The notes under the pieces were generated by a model. That model was not told the origin of the DNA. It did no database searches and saw only the letters and a list, made by a program, of their open reading frames with translations. The position numbers and the translations under genes are program-made. Positions 1 through 9,503 of a stretch of DNA of 64,000 nucleotides are shown here, one piece after another. Origin of the DNA: Thiomicrorhabdus sp. (GTDB taxonomy: Bacteria; Pseudomonadota; Gammaproteobacteria; Thiomicrospirales; Thiomicrospiraceae); contig WFPP01000106.1 of the NCBI GenBank assembly GCA_015487495.1, positions 609-64,608 of the forward strand. Direction: 5' to 3'. Every line of letters begins with the position of its first letter. The first letter of the stretch is position 1.

Positions 1-1
1 T

Positions 2-559
2 CGTATTTTAATAATACTGCTTAGCATTAATGCGACAATGTTTTTTATTGAAATCGCACTGGGAATAATCAGTGAGTCTACAGCGTTAATCGCTGACTCT
101 TTAGATATGCTGGCAGATGCTGCTGTTTATGGAATTGGTCTGTATGCTGTTGGAAAAGCAGCAATCGTAAAAATTAAGGCGGCATATATCAGTGGTATTT
201 TTCAAGTTTTACTTGGTATTCTCGTTTTTATTGATATCGTTCGTCGCACGATATTAGGAAGCGAGCCAGAATCAATCTTAATGATTTCTGTAGGAATTTT
301 AGCACTTATTGCAAATCTTATTTGCCTTCAGCTCATTTCAAAGCATAAAAATGGCGAGGTTCATATGAGAGCCAGTTGGGTGTTTTCTAAAAATGATGTC
401 ATTGCGAATTTAGGAATTATATTTGCTGGTATTTTAGTTTATCTCTTAGATTCAAGATTTCCTGATATTCTCATTGGCCTTATTATTTCAATGGTTGTTA
501 TTCGAGGCGGCATTCATATCATTAAAGATGCTCAAAATGAAAGACGTAAACTACAATAG
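2..559 (+). CDS. Cation diffusion facilitator (CDF) family transporter, 5'-truncated by window edge
   Basis: Frame open from position 2; motifs SLDMLADA and VFSKNDVIAN plus several TM helices typical of short CDF/CzcD-like metal transporters. Confidence 0.8.
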   Translation, partial: RILIILLSINATMFFIEIALGIISESTALIADSLDMLADAAVYGIGLYAVGKAAIVKIKAAYISGIFQVLLGILVFIDIVRRTILGSEPESILMISVGILALIANLICLQLISKHKNGEVHMRASWVFSKNDVIANLGIIFAGILVYLLDSRFPDILIGLIISMVVIRGGIHIIKDAQNERRKLQ

Positions 560-724
560 TCAGCGAATAAATAACTTGTCCAAACAATTTAGCTGTAAAA
601 AGAAAACCTGACTTAATTTGACGGTTCTTTATTTTGAATCGTGGCTCTGCCAGGTTATGTTTAAATGTCGACAAAATAAGAGCATAGCGTATAGGTACAA
701 CGTTGTGTGAATCTTTATCAACAT

Positions 725-756
725 CCAGAAAAGTGCTGATTAAATCGCTTCCCCAG
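725..756. repeat. 24-bp IS5-type micro-element with 4-bp CCAG direct repeats
   Basis: CCAG-AAAAGTGCTGATTAAATCGCTTCC-CCAG; near-identical to 54398-54421. Confidence 0.6.
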
Positions 757-818
757 GTGCATCACACCGTTTATAATGTCTTTTTTCTAAAATCCTAAAA
801 AATAGATGGGAGTGTTTT

Positions 819-2228
819 GTGATTCGTACTCGTTTTGCCCCTAGCCCAACGGGTTATTTACATATTGGTGGCGTAAGAACTGCGCTTTATTCTTGGCTGT
901 ATGCAAAAAGAATGGGGGGGGAGTTTACGTTACGCATTGAAGATACTGACTTAGAGCGCTCTACAGAAACCTCGGTAAATGCCATTTTAGAGGGAATGAG
1001 CTGGTTAGGGTTAGATTATGATCGTGGCCCTATTTATCAAACGCATCGTTTTGAACGCTACAAAGAGGTAATTGATTCTTTATTTGAAAAGAACCTAGCT
1101 TATTATTGTTATGCAACGCCAGAAGAACTGGATGCCATGCGTGAAGCACAAAAAGCAGCAGGCGAAAAACCCCGTTATGATGGCCGTTACCGTGAGTTTA
1201 GCGGTGAACCGCCTGAAGGCGTTAAGCCTGTTATTCGTTTTAAAAACCCGCTGGATGGTGAGGTGGTGATTGACGACTTGGTTAAAGGCCAAGTGACCGT
1301 TGCCAATAAAGAGCTGGATGATTTAATCATTGCTCGTTCAGATGGTACGCCTACTTATAACCTAACGGTAGTGGTAGACGATTGGGACATGGGAATGACA
1401 CATGTTATTCGTGGTGATGATCATTTAAACAATACACCACGCCAGATTAATCTTTATAAAGCGATTGGGGCAGATGTGCCTAAGTTTGCACATATTCCGA
1501 TGGTATTGGGTGAAGATGGCAGTCGCCTTTCCAAGCGTCATGGCGCGGTGAGTGTGTTGCAATATAAGGAGCAGGGGTTTTTACCTGAAGCGTTACTTAA
1601 TTATTTGGTGCGCTTAGGTTGGTCACATGGTGATCAAGAAATCTTTACGATGGACGAGATGGTGGAATATTTTGATTTAGTTAATGTGAACAGTTCGCCG
1701 TCAACGTTCGATTACGCTAAATTAACATGGGTGAATGAGCAACATATTAAAATGGCTTGCCCTGAACATCTTGCGCGCTACGTAGCCCATTTTATGGTTG
1801 AAATGGGGTGTGATTTATCACAAGGCCCTGAATTGGTTAAAGTGACCTGCTTATTAAAAGACCGCGCTAAAACCTTAATTGAGATGGCGCAGGGTGCGGT
1901 TTATTTTTATCACGACTTTGAGTCTTTTGATGCCAGTGCCGCCAAAAAACATTTAAGACCAGTAGCAGAAGAGCCTCTTAAAATATTACTCAGTAAGTTA
2001 GAACAACTTGAGGAATGGACGGCTGAAGCGATTCATGCTGAAATTAATGCCACCGCTGAAACATTAGAACTGGGAATGGGAAAAGTTGGTATGCCCTTGC
2101 GGGTTGCAATTACAGGGGGAGGGCAGTCTCCTGCCATTGATGCCACAGCTGAATTAATTGGTAAAGTACGTTGTATTCAGCGGATTCAGATGGCACTGGA
2201 TTTTATTGAGGTACGCAAACAATCTTAA
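819..2228 (+). CDS. gltX: Glutamate--tRNA ligase
   Basis: [16 protein letters not shown] (HIGH), LSKRH (KMSKS-like), GTG start with GGGAG RBS. Confidence 0.98.
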   Translation: MIRTRFAPSPTGYLHIGGVRTALYSWLYAKRMGGEFTLRIEDTDLERSTETSVNAILEGMSWLGLDYDRGPIYQTHRFERYKEVIDSLFEKNLAYYCYATPEELDAMREAQKAAGEKPRYDGRYREFSGEPPEGVKPVIRFKNPLDGEVVIDDLVKGQVTVANKELDDLIIARSDGTPTYNLTVVVDDWDMGMTHVIRGDDHLNNTPRQINLYKAIGADVPKFAHIPMVLGEDGSRLSKRHGAVSVLQYKEQGFLPEALLNYLVRLGWSHGDQEIFTMDEMVEYFDLVNVNSSPSTFDYAKLTWVNEQHIKMACPEHLARYVAHFMVEMGCDLSQGPELVKVTCLLKDRAKTLIEMAQGAVYFYHDFESFDASAAKKHLRPVAEEPLKILLSKLEQLEEWTAEAIHAEINATAETLELGMGKVGMPLRVAITGGGQSPAIDATAELIGKVRCIQRIQMALDFIEVRKQS

Positions 2229-2317
2229 TAATAAGGAGGTAAAAAATTAAAAACAATAACTTAGAGAAACTTTAAACATTTATCATAAAAAAGATGGCTC
2301 TTTTTTTTAATTAAGGG

Positions 2318-2345
2318 TTGACGCTAACCCCCAACTCTATATAAT
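2318..2345 (+). promoter_or_regulatory. Sigma70 stable-RNA promoter of tRNA operon
   Basis: TTGACG-16bp-TATAAT followed by GC-rich discriminator ACGCCCC. Confidence 0.8.
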
Positions 2346-2363
2346 ACGCCCCTATCAGCTTGA

Positions 2364-2439
2364 GGGGCTATAGCTCAGCTGGGAGAGCGCAACACTGGCA
2401 GTGTTGAGGTCAGCGGTTCGATCCCGCTTAGCTCCACCA
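2364..2439 (+). tRNA. tRNA-Ala(GGC)
   Basis: GGGGCTA acceptor, CAACA-CTGGCAG-TGTTG anticodon arm, TTCGA T-loop, encoded CCA; 76 nt. Confidence 0.98.
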
Positions 2440-2457
2440 TCTGGCTTTTTTAGTCCA

Positions 2458-2497
2458 GATAAACTACAACTCACTAGGCCGAGTTTAGAAGTTGATC
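2458..2497 (+). other. Spacer hairpin with ACTAGGCC loop (copy 1)
   Basis: AACTC-ACTAGGCC-GAGTT upper stem plus GATAAACT/AGTTGATC lower stem. Confidence 0.65.
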
Positions 2498-2563
2498 ATA
2501 TTGATTTTTTAATAAGATGTTTTATTTTAATCTAATAAAACAAATGATAAAAATCACATGCGT

Positions 2564-2639
2564 GTCCCGTTCGTCTAGAGGCCTAGGACACCGCCCTTTC
2601 ACGGCGGTAACAGGGGTTCGACTCCCCTACGGGACGCCA
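2564..2639 (+). tRNA. tRNA-Glu(TTC) copy 1
   Basis: GTCCCGT acceptor, CCGCC-CTTTCAC-GGCGG anticodon arm, CCA; 76 nt. Confidence 0.98.
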
Positions 2640-2643
2640 CTTT

Positions 2644-2718
2644 GCGGGAATAGCTCAGCGGTAGAGCACAACCTTGCCAAGGTTGGGGTCGCGAGTTCGA
2701 TCCTCGTTTCCCGCTCCA
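2644..2718 (+). tRNA. tRNA-Gly(GCC)
   Basis: GCGGGAA acceptor, CAACC-TTGCCAA-GGTTG anticodon arm, CCA; 75 nt. Confidence 0.98.
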
Positions 2719-2724
2719 TATTTA

Positions 2725-2773
2725 GATGGGTTGAAAAGAGCACACTAGGCCGTGTTATGACATTCAATCCATC
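2725..2773 (+). other. Spacer hairpin with ACTAGGCC loop (copy 2)
   Basis: AGCAC-ACTAGGCC-GTGTT upper stem plus GATGGGTTGAA/TTCAATCCATC lower stem. Confidence 0.65.
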
Positions 2774-2835
2774 GTTTGTTGAGATACAAACAATAAAAAA
2801 ACTAACCTTTTAATTAAGTTAGTTTTGTGTAGAAG

Positions 2836-2932
2836 TTTAGACTGTTTTTACCTTAGTTCAAGGCGGGAGAAGGGAGCATACAACGGTATGTGACCGACGA
2901 CCAACGAAGAAATAAAGTGCTAATAGGCTAAA
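2836..2932. repeat. Degenerate ~97-bp palindromic REP/MITE-like element
   Basis: Imperfect terminal IR TTTAGACTGTT/AATAGGCTAAA and internal GCATAC-AACG-GTATGT hairpin. Confidence 0.4.
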
Positions 2933-2948
2933 ATATCACACAAAAATT

Positions 2949-3024
2949 GTCCCGTTCGTCTAGAGGCCTAGGACACCGCCCTTTCACGGCGGTAACAGGG
3001 GTTCGACTCCCCTACGGGACGCCA
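2949..3024 (+). tRNA. tRNA-Glu(TTC) copy 2
   Basis: Identical to copy 1 at 2564-2639. Confidence 0.98.
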
Positions 3025-3030
3025 CATTTT

Positions 3031-3067
3031 AAAGCCCGCAAATAACTTAATATTTGCGGGCTTTTTT
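3031..3067 (+). terminator. Intrinsic terminator of tRNA operon (probably bidirectional)
   Basis: AAAGCCCGCAAATA/TATTTGCGGGCTTT 14-bp stem followed by T tract. Confidence 0.9.
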
Positions 3068-3094
3068 ATTATTTAAATCCCACATTTTTTCAGT

Positions 3095-3270
3095 CGCAGA
3101 TTCAAGTAATAACTGCAATTTCTAAATTATGCTACAAGTAAATCCACTTGTAGCCCATAAATAGTTCATTAGGTGTTTTTCCTCCTCGAGTTTTTCGAGG
3201 GCGGTTATTCAGTCTATCCATCACCATTTGAGCTTGTTCATAATGTGTTAAATCTTTTCTGGAAAGAATA
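3095..3270 (-). mobile_element. IS30-family remnant: transposase C-terminal fragment plus right inverted repeat
   Basis: MDRLNNRPRKTRGGKTPNELF matches the IS30 transposase C-terminal LNNRPRK.LG.KTP motif; CGCAGATTCAAGTAATAACTGCAAT (3095-3119) resembles the IS30 end TGTAGATTCAA...GCAA. Confidence 0.8.
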
Positions 3271-5433
3271 TTATTGACACTTTGAAATGGATGCAGACTC
3301 AATGTTTGGAATGCGTTCAATATAATCCAAAATATCACCTAATACGACCTGGTTATCCACCTCCAATGTCAGCGTCATCTCTACAGTTCGCTCTTGTAAA
3401 TCAGTATGCGTTTGGCTTTCAATTAAATTAATATTCAGTTGTGACAGTGTAACCATAACATCTCGTAATAATCCCTTTCGATCAAATGCCACAATGTGTA
3501 AATAAATTTGGTAGTCTGGTTGCTCTGCCTGCTGCCTGCTCCAAGAAACCTCAATCAACCTCTGAAGGTCGTCATGGTTTAGGTTCAGTATATTGGCACA
3601 CTCTTTTTGATGTACGGTAATACCACGCCCTCGTGTAACATAGCCCACAATTTCATCACTCGATGTGGGTTGGCAACAGGGTGCCAGATGTGTTGTTAAA
3701 TGTGTGGCGCCAACCACATAGGCAATGTTTTCTTCTGCCGGTGAAGAAAACTCTCCTGTTTTAAAAGTGAAGGATTTTTGACTACTCTCTAATTTGGATT
3801 GTGGTTTTAAAAGTCGTTGAATGGCGCTGGTTAATTGACGCTCGTTAATACGGCTTTTTCCGATGTCTTCAAAAAATAATTCACTGTTATCATAGTGAAA
3901 CCGTTCAAGCATTTGTTTGAGCGTTATGGATTCAGCATGAAGACGCTTGACTTCCCGGTGGTAGATGGCTTCACCAATTTGAATATTTTCTTCTTTATTT
4001 TGTTTATTAAACCAGTTACGGACCTTGTTACGAGCACTGCTACTGGTAAGATAGCCCAAATTTGGATTTAACCAATTTCGGCTTGGCTCTCCATTTTTAA
4101 TCGTTAAAATTTCAACCTTGTCTCCTGTTTTTAAAGGGGTGCTTAAAGGTTTTATACGCCCATTTATTTTGGCACCACGACAACGATGCCCTAATTGGGT
4201 ATGAATATTATAGGCAAAGTCAAGGGGGGTCGCACCTTGTCTTAAAGTAATAATGTCATTATTGGGTGTCATAACAAAAATATTTTGACTCTGTAATTCG
4301 GTGCTAATTTCTTTAAACACTTCTGGGTCATCAGAATTTTCTAGCAGTTGGCGAACATTTGAAATGCTCTTTTCTAAACTTTTGTCAACGCCTTTGCCTC
4401 CTTCTTTATAACGCCAGTGTGCAGCAACACCATATTCTGAGTTATAGTGCATTTCGGGGGTTCTAATTTGAATTTCAACTGTTTTACCTTCTGGACCAAT
4501 AATAACGGTATGAATGGATTGATAACCATTTTCTTTGGGCGTTGCAATATAGTCGTCAAACTCTTGTTTTACATAACTCCAGCGACTGTGTATTAGACCT
4601 AAAACTTCATAACAGTCTTTTACAGAATCAACATAAATACGGATGGCTCTTAAATCATAGAGTTCATCAATCGGCAGGTTTTTACGTTGCATTTTTTTCC
4701 AAATACTGTAAATATGTTTGGGACGTCCTGAAATATTGGCTTTAATGTTATGAGAGTGTAACAAATGGTTTAGTGTTTCCATTGTACGCTGAATATACGC
4801 TTCCCGTTCTTCTCGCTTTACACTAAGTTGGGTTGCAATTTCCTTGTATTTTTCTTCATGTAAATAACGAAAAGAAAGGTCTTCGAGTTCCCATTTTAAT
4901 TGTGCAATCCCTAAACGGTTCGCAAGGGGGGAAAAAATAAGCTCGGTTTCTGATGCGATTTGATGGCAAACATCAGGGTCTTCATATTTTAAATGGCGTA
5001 AACGTGCAACTCTATAAGCCAGTTTAACAATCATAATTCGAATATCAGAGGTCATGGCCAAAAGCATTTGGCGCAATCGTTCATTTTGAACATCATCAGA
5101 TCGGCGATTCACATCAAATTCTTTAAACTGGTTCAACTTTCGAATTCCCAAAACCAATTCTGCGGTGGATGCTCCAAAGCGTGCTTCAATCATCTCAATG
5201 GTATAAATATTCACCAAATTGGTATCACTCACTAATGTGGCAATCAGCGTTTCTTCATCCACATTTAATTTTGATAAAATCTGAGCTACATCTACGCTAC
5301 GAACGACCCCACTTTCTGGCAGACTTTGCGCTTCAAGCGCAATGGCACACGCCAATTCACATCGAATTAATTGTTCTGAAGTTAAGTCTTCTTTTTTAAA
5401 AATAAGCGGAAAAAGATCACGAGCTATTTGCAT
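3271..5433 (-). CDS. relA: GTP pyrophosphokinase, (p)ppGpp synthetase RelA
   Basis: GRPKHIYSIWKKM, EFDDY (ExDD, monofunctional type), NGYQSIHT, TGS and ACT domains; hydrolase HD replaced by SD. Confidence 0.95.
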   Translation of the reverse strand: MQIARDLFPLIFKKEDLTSEQLIRCELACAIALEAQSLPESGVVRSVDVAQILSKLNVDEETLIATLVSDTNLVNIYTIEMIEARFGASTAELVLGIRKLNQFKEFDVNRRSDDVQNERLRQMLLAMTSDIRIMIVKLAYRVARLRHLKYEDPDVCHQIASETELIFSPLANRLGIAQLKWELEDLSFRYLHEEKYKEIATQLSVKREEREAYIQRTMETLNHLLHSHNIKANISGRPKHIYSIWKKMQRKNLPIDELYDLRAIRIYVDSVKDCYEVLGLIHSRWSYVKQEFDDYIATPKENGYQSIHTVIIGPEGKTVEIQIRTPEMHYNSEYGVAAHWRYKEGGKGVDKSLEKSISNVRQLLENSDDPEVFKEISTELQSQNIFVMTPNNDIITLRQGATPLDFAYNIHTQLGHRCRGAKINGRIKPLSTPLKTGDKVEILTIKNGEPSRNWLNPNLGYLTSSSARNKVRNWFNKQNKEENIQIGEAIYHREVKRLHAESITLKQMLERFHYDNSELFFEDIGKSRINERQLTSAIQRLLKPQSKLESSQKSFTFKTGEFSSPAEENIAYVVGATHLTTHLAPCCQPTSSDEIVGYVTRGRGITVHQKECANILNLNHDDLQRLIEVSWSRQQAEQPDYQIYLHIVAFDRKGLLRDVMVTLSQLNINLIESQTHTDLQERTVEMTLTLEVDNQVVLGDILDYIERIPNIESASISKCQ

Positions 5434-5624
5434 TTAGAATTAAACCATTCATGTTTATTTTAGAGCTCTTATTCTAGCGATTTTAAAGATTAATTCTTAT
5501 TTTTTTAGTTTTTATCATACGTTTAAAAAACTTTTTTGGTTGCATACTATTTAATGCTTTTTACCTGCCTAATTGGAGGTTATGCTTATTTAAAGCCATT
5601 TCATTTATTATGGTTCTGATAAAA

Positions 5625-5638
5625 TTGATTAAAATCAA
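5625..5638. promoter_or_regulatory. FNR/DNR (CRP-FNR family) box
   Basis: Perfect TTGAT-TAAA-ATCAA in the intergenic region ~100 bp upstream of the FIST gene. Confidence 0.7.
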
Positions 5639-5734
5639 CAAAAATAAGTTTTTAATTGTTAGTTTTCAGAGTATGCTTTTTATCTCCAATGTTTAAAAAC
5701 CAACTCATGCATTGCATTTAAAAAGGTCTACAAA

Positions 5735-8287
5735 GTGAAAACAGTTAATCATTGCTATTCCGGTATGGATAATCTAATTCCCTTTTTAAGAAAAGAAAAT
5801 CTAACGGATAATCCAGCATTATTGATTCAAATGTTTACCACAATCACAAAAAAAGAGGCCATTCAGCAAATTTTATCCGAATTGCAGACGCAATTTTTAC
5901 AAGCGGTTTTAATTGGGGCAAGTTCAAATGGCAATATTATTAATGGCACAATCTCGGGTCTTAACCAAACAATGCTGTCATTTACACAGTTTGAACGCAC
6001 CACCTTAACCTCCGCCCTAGTACCTGATACGGGGTATAGTTTTAAAACAGGCCGTTTATTAGGATTGGAAATTGTTCAAAATGAAACCCAAGCAATAATT
6101 GCATTTTCTGACGGTTTACATACTTGCGGAGAAGAATTTTTATTTGGCCTGACGGAGGTGGCACCTCACATGGTTATTGCTGGCGGAATGGCTGGGGATA
6201 ATGGACATTTAAACAATACTTTTGTATTTACTCTCAATCAAATCAGTGAGCATGGTGCCGTAGGTGTTGCTTTAAACAGCACTCAACTGTATGTAAACAC
6301 CTATTATAATTTTGGCTGGCAACCTGTTGGTCAGCCTATGACGGTAACACGAGCAAATAGCAACATTGTTTATGAAATCAATGGAGAGCCTGCACAATCA
6401 ATGTATGAAAGATACTTTGGTTCAGACTTGATTGGAGGACAAAACCCCATATTAAGCAATGATTTTTTACTCATTAAGTTTCCTTTAATTAAGCTTGAAA
6501 AGGGCGCTTGCATAGGAAGAACGGTTGTAAGAAACCTAGAAGAAGGGGCATTAGAGTTTGCAGGAAAAATACATGAGGGGGATCAGGTTCAATTTGGTAT
6601 CGGCAGTAAAGAATACATTCTTAATGAAACAAACCATACTTTAGAAGAACTGAAAAACTCTCCTGTAGAATCGATTTTTATTTATTCCTGTATGGCTAGG
6701 CGAAATTGTCTGGGGCAAGAAATACGCTGTGAAATGGAACCATTCAAAGACCGTAATAATGTGGCCGGTTTTTATACTTATGGCGAATTTTTTTATTCAA
6801 AAGAACATGAGAAGCCCAGTTTTTTAAATCAGTCAATGACATTGCTTTCTTTGTCAGAGTCCTGTCATAGTGAATTTCATTTAGATATTGATACTCTGGC
6901 AAAACCTTTTCAGCATGCCTCAGAAAAAGAAAAAAATTATGCCAATAGCTTAATTTCTGTTTCAAATTTTGCGGTCAATATTTCAAAGGACTTTGAAGCT
7001 TTAAATTCAAAGCTGGAGTATGAAGTAAAGAAAAAATCACAAGAATTAATTCAATCCACATTAATTGATAATTTAACTAAGCTACCCAGCCGGCAATCTC
7101 TGCTTCAAGATTTACAAAATTGTAAAAATGAAGTTCTTATTGTAATTAACATTAATAATTTTTCTAAAATTAACGGGTTTTATGGCTTGGAAGCGGGCGA
7201 TGAACTGCTTTCTAAAGTGGCTAGAAACTTACAGAAACATTTAACACAAAATGAACATGCTTTAATACGTCCACGATTGTATAAACTGCCTTCTGATGAA
7301 TACGCGATCTTAACGCGTGTTATTGATACTGACACATTAGAGACAAGCATGAAAATACTAAATAAAGCCGCTTTTTCACATACATATCAGATTTTGGGGT
7401 TTGATATTTTAGTGCAAGCTACTTGGGTTTTTAGTAAGTGTGATGGTTCAGACAAAACATTAATTCAAGCAGAACTCTCTGGTAAAGAGGCGCGTTTAAA
7501 GAAAGAGAATTTTGTTCACTACTGCATTGAACAATTTAAAGACTCTCACGACAAAATTCAGCTTGCTCATGAAGTTCGAAGTGCCATTTTGGAAAACAGG
7601 CTGTACCCTGTTTTTCAACCTATTTTCAATAACCTCACAGGTGAGTTGGTTAAATACGAATGCCTCGCTCGCCTAAAAGACTCAGAAGGGGCAGTGATTC
7701 CTCCACTCGTGTTTATTGAGATCGCACAGATGATTCAAATGTATCCCATTATTACCGAAGCCATGATCCATAAATCGTTTAGGGCTTTTAAGGGAACAGG
7801 ACTTAATTTTTCAGTCAATATTTCACTGGAAGACATTTTAAGTTCCAGTACTCAAAATATGATTTTTGAGGCCATTCAGTATTATGATATTGGGAATCAG
7901 GTAACATTTGAAATTCTTGAAAACCAAGCACTTGAGGATGATAATGCCATTTTTAAATTCATTTCCAAACTTAAAAAATTGGGAGCAAAAATTGCCATTG
8001 ATGACTTTGGCAGTGGTTATGCCAATTACCAACATCTGGCCAAGTTACAGGCCGATTACATTAAAATTGATGGCTCGCTCATTAAAAACTTAGGGCAAGA
8101 CCCTGTTGCACTTTCGGTCGTTGAATCCATGATTGTCTTTGCTAAAAAATTAAACATGAAAGTCATTGCAGAGTTTGTATGCAGTCAAGTGGTGTATGAA
8201 CATGTTAAAAATGAAGGCATTGATTACAGTCAGGGATTTTATTTAAGCGAACCACTTGACCAGTTACTCAACCTCGACCAGAAATAG
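5735..8287 (+). CDS. FIST-N/FIST-C sensor fused to degenerate GGDEF and intact EAL domain (c-di-GMP phosphodiesterase)
   Basis: FIST motifs IAGGMAGD, FGWQPVG, YSCMARR, GFYTYGEF; GGDEF site reads SDEYA; EAL motifs YECLARL, DDFGSGY, IKIDGS, IAEFV, SQGFY. Confidence 0.9.
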   Translation: MKTVNHCYSGMDNLIPFLRKENLTDNPALLIQMFTTITKKEAIQQILSELQTQFLQAVLIGASSNGNIINGTISGLNQTMLSFTQFERTTLTSALVPDTGYSFKTGRLLGLEIVQNETQAIIAFSDGLHTCGEEFLFGLTEVAPHMVIAGGMAGDNGHLNNTFVFTLNQISEHGAVGVALNSTQLYVNTYYNFGWQPVGQPMTVTRANSNIVYEINGEPAQSMYERYFGSDLIGGQNPILSNDFLLIKFPLIKLEKGACIGRTVVRNLEEGALEFAGKIHEGDQVQFGIGSKEYILNETNHTLEELKNSPVESIFIYSCMARRNCLGQEIRCEMEPFKDRNNVAGFYTYGEFFYSKEHEKPSFLNQSMTLLSLSESCHSEFHLDIDTLAKPFQHASEKEKNYANSLISVSNFAVNISKDFEALNSKLEYEVKKKSQELIQSTLIDNLTKLPSRQSLLQDLQNCKNEVLIVININNFSKINGFYGLEAGDELLSKVARNLQKHLTQNEHALIRPRLYKLPSDEYAILTRVIDTDTLETSMKILNKAAFSHTYQILGFDILVQATWVFSKCDGSDKTLIQAELSGKEARLKKENFVHYCIEQFKDSHDKIQLAHEVRSAILENRLYPVFQPIFNNLTGELVKYECLARLKDSEGAVIPPLVFIEIAQMIQMYPIITEAMIHKSFRAFKGTGLNFSVNISLEDILSSSTQNMIFEAIQYYDIGNQVTFEILENQALEDDNAIFKFISKLKKLGAKIAIDDFGSGYANYQHLAKLQADYIKIDGSLIKNLGQDPVALSVVESMIVFAKKLNMKVIAEFVCSQVVYEHVKNEGIDYSQGFYLSEPLDQLLNLDQK

Positions 8288-8402
8288 AGGAGATAAGCTG
8301 TTAATAGACATATACCGTTTGGCTTTTATTGAGAAAGTTCTCTACTCTATTTCTCTTTTTCCTTTAGGGTATAATTTATACATCCTTTGATTGAGATTGT
8401 TC

Positions 8403-9503
8403 ATGCATACGTTTACGTTGAAGCCCCCAAAACCTCATTTATCTTCTGATTTTTTCTCTCAGCATTTAAACAGTGCCAACCAGTTCAGTGTTGCGCCCAT
8501 GTTGGACTGGACCAATCGTCATTGCCGTTATTTTCACCGCCAATTAACAACACACGCCTGGCTTTACAGTGAAATGGTGACCACCGGTGCGATTATTTAT
8601 GGTAATAATTTACCGCGCTTTCTCGGCCATAGTGATTTTGAAGACCCGGTTGTACTGCAGTTAGGAGGAGGCAAACCAGAGGATTTGGCACAATCTGCCG
8701 CGTTAGGGGAGGAGTGGGGTTACGCTGAAATCAATTTAAATGTTGGTTGCCCAAGTGATCGGGTTCAAAATAATATGATTGGTGCCTGTTTAATGGCGCA
8801 CCCTAAATTAGTAGCTGAATGTGTAGCAAGCATGAAAGCCAAAGTGACCATTCCCGTTACTGTAAAGTGCCGTATTGGAATCGACGACCAAGAATCTTTT
8901 GATTCTTTGAACCACTTTGTAGAAGAGTTGGTGGCCGCAGGTGTGGATGGTATGATTATTCATGCTCGTAAAGCGTGGTTACAAGGACTTTCTCCAAAAG
9001 AGAATCGAGATATTCCTCCCTTAAAATACGACTGGGTTCATCAAGTTAAACACAATTTCCCAACACTTTCAATTGCCGTTAATGGTGGAATTACCACACT
9101 TGAACAAGGAAAAATTCACTTAAATTCTTGGAAAATTCCAGAGCAGGGGGGGGAAGCATTACCTGCCGTAAACGGAATAATGTTAGGGCGTGCGGCGTAT
9201 GAAAGACCGTACTTATTGGCTTATGTTGATTCTACTTTTTATCATAAGGAAAAAGCCATCATAACTCGTGAACAAGTGTTACAAAATATGTACCCTTATA
9301 TAGAAGCCCACCTATCAGAGGGGGGGAAATTAAATCAGGTAACGCGTCACATGCTTGGCCTGTTTCATGGCTTACCAGGTGCCCGAATGTGGCGTCGCTA
9401 TCTATCTGAAAACGCATTTCAACCTGGCGCCGGGATTGAGGTCGTGCAAGCGGCCTATCAGCTTATTTTAAATGAAACACAACGTATTGAAGATTCTGTA
9501 TGA
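8403..9503 (+). CDS. dusA: tRNA dihydrouridine(20/20a) synthase DusA (start uncertain, ORF open from 8391)
   Basis: FSVAPMLDWT, NLNVGCPSDRVQ, HARKAWLQGLSPKENR, RHMLGLFHGLPGAR. Confidence 0.95.
   Translation: MHTFTLKPPKPHLSSDFFSQHLNSANQFSVAPMLDWTNRHCRYFHRQLTTHAWLYSEMVTTGAIIYGNNLPRFLGHSDFEDPVVLQLGGGKPEDLAQSAALGEEWGYAEINLNVGCPSDRVQNNMIGACLMAHPKLVAECVASMKAKVTIPVTVKCRIGIDDQESFDSLNHFVEELVAAGVDGMIIHARKAWLQGLSPKENRDIPPLKYDWVHQVKHNFPTLSIAVNGGITTLEQGKIHLNSWKIPEQGGEALPAVNGIMLGRAAYERPYLLAYVDSTFYHKEKAIITREQVLQNMYPYIEAHLSEGGKLNQVTRHMLGLFHGLPGARMWRRYLSENAFQPGAGIEVVQAAYQLILNETQRIEDSV

Noticed and set aside
2517-2813. 98-aa ORF over tRNA-Glu/Gly (likewise 51080-51283 over tRNA-Val/Asp)
   Set aside because: Shadow frames overlapping clear tRNA genes
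3132-3338. 68-aa ORF as an intact gene
   Set aside because: N-terminal part overlaps the relA 3' end; only the tail is IS30 transposase, so treated as a remnant
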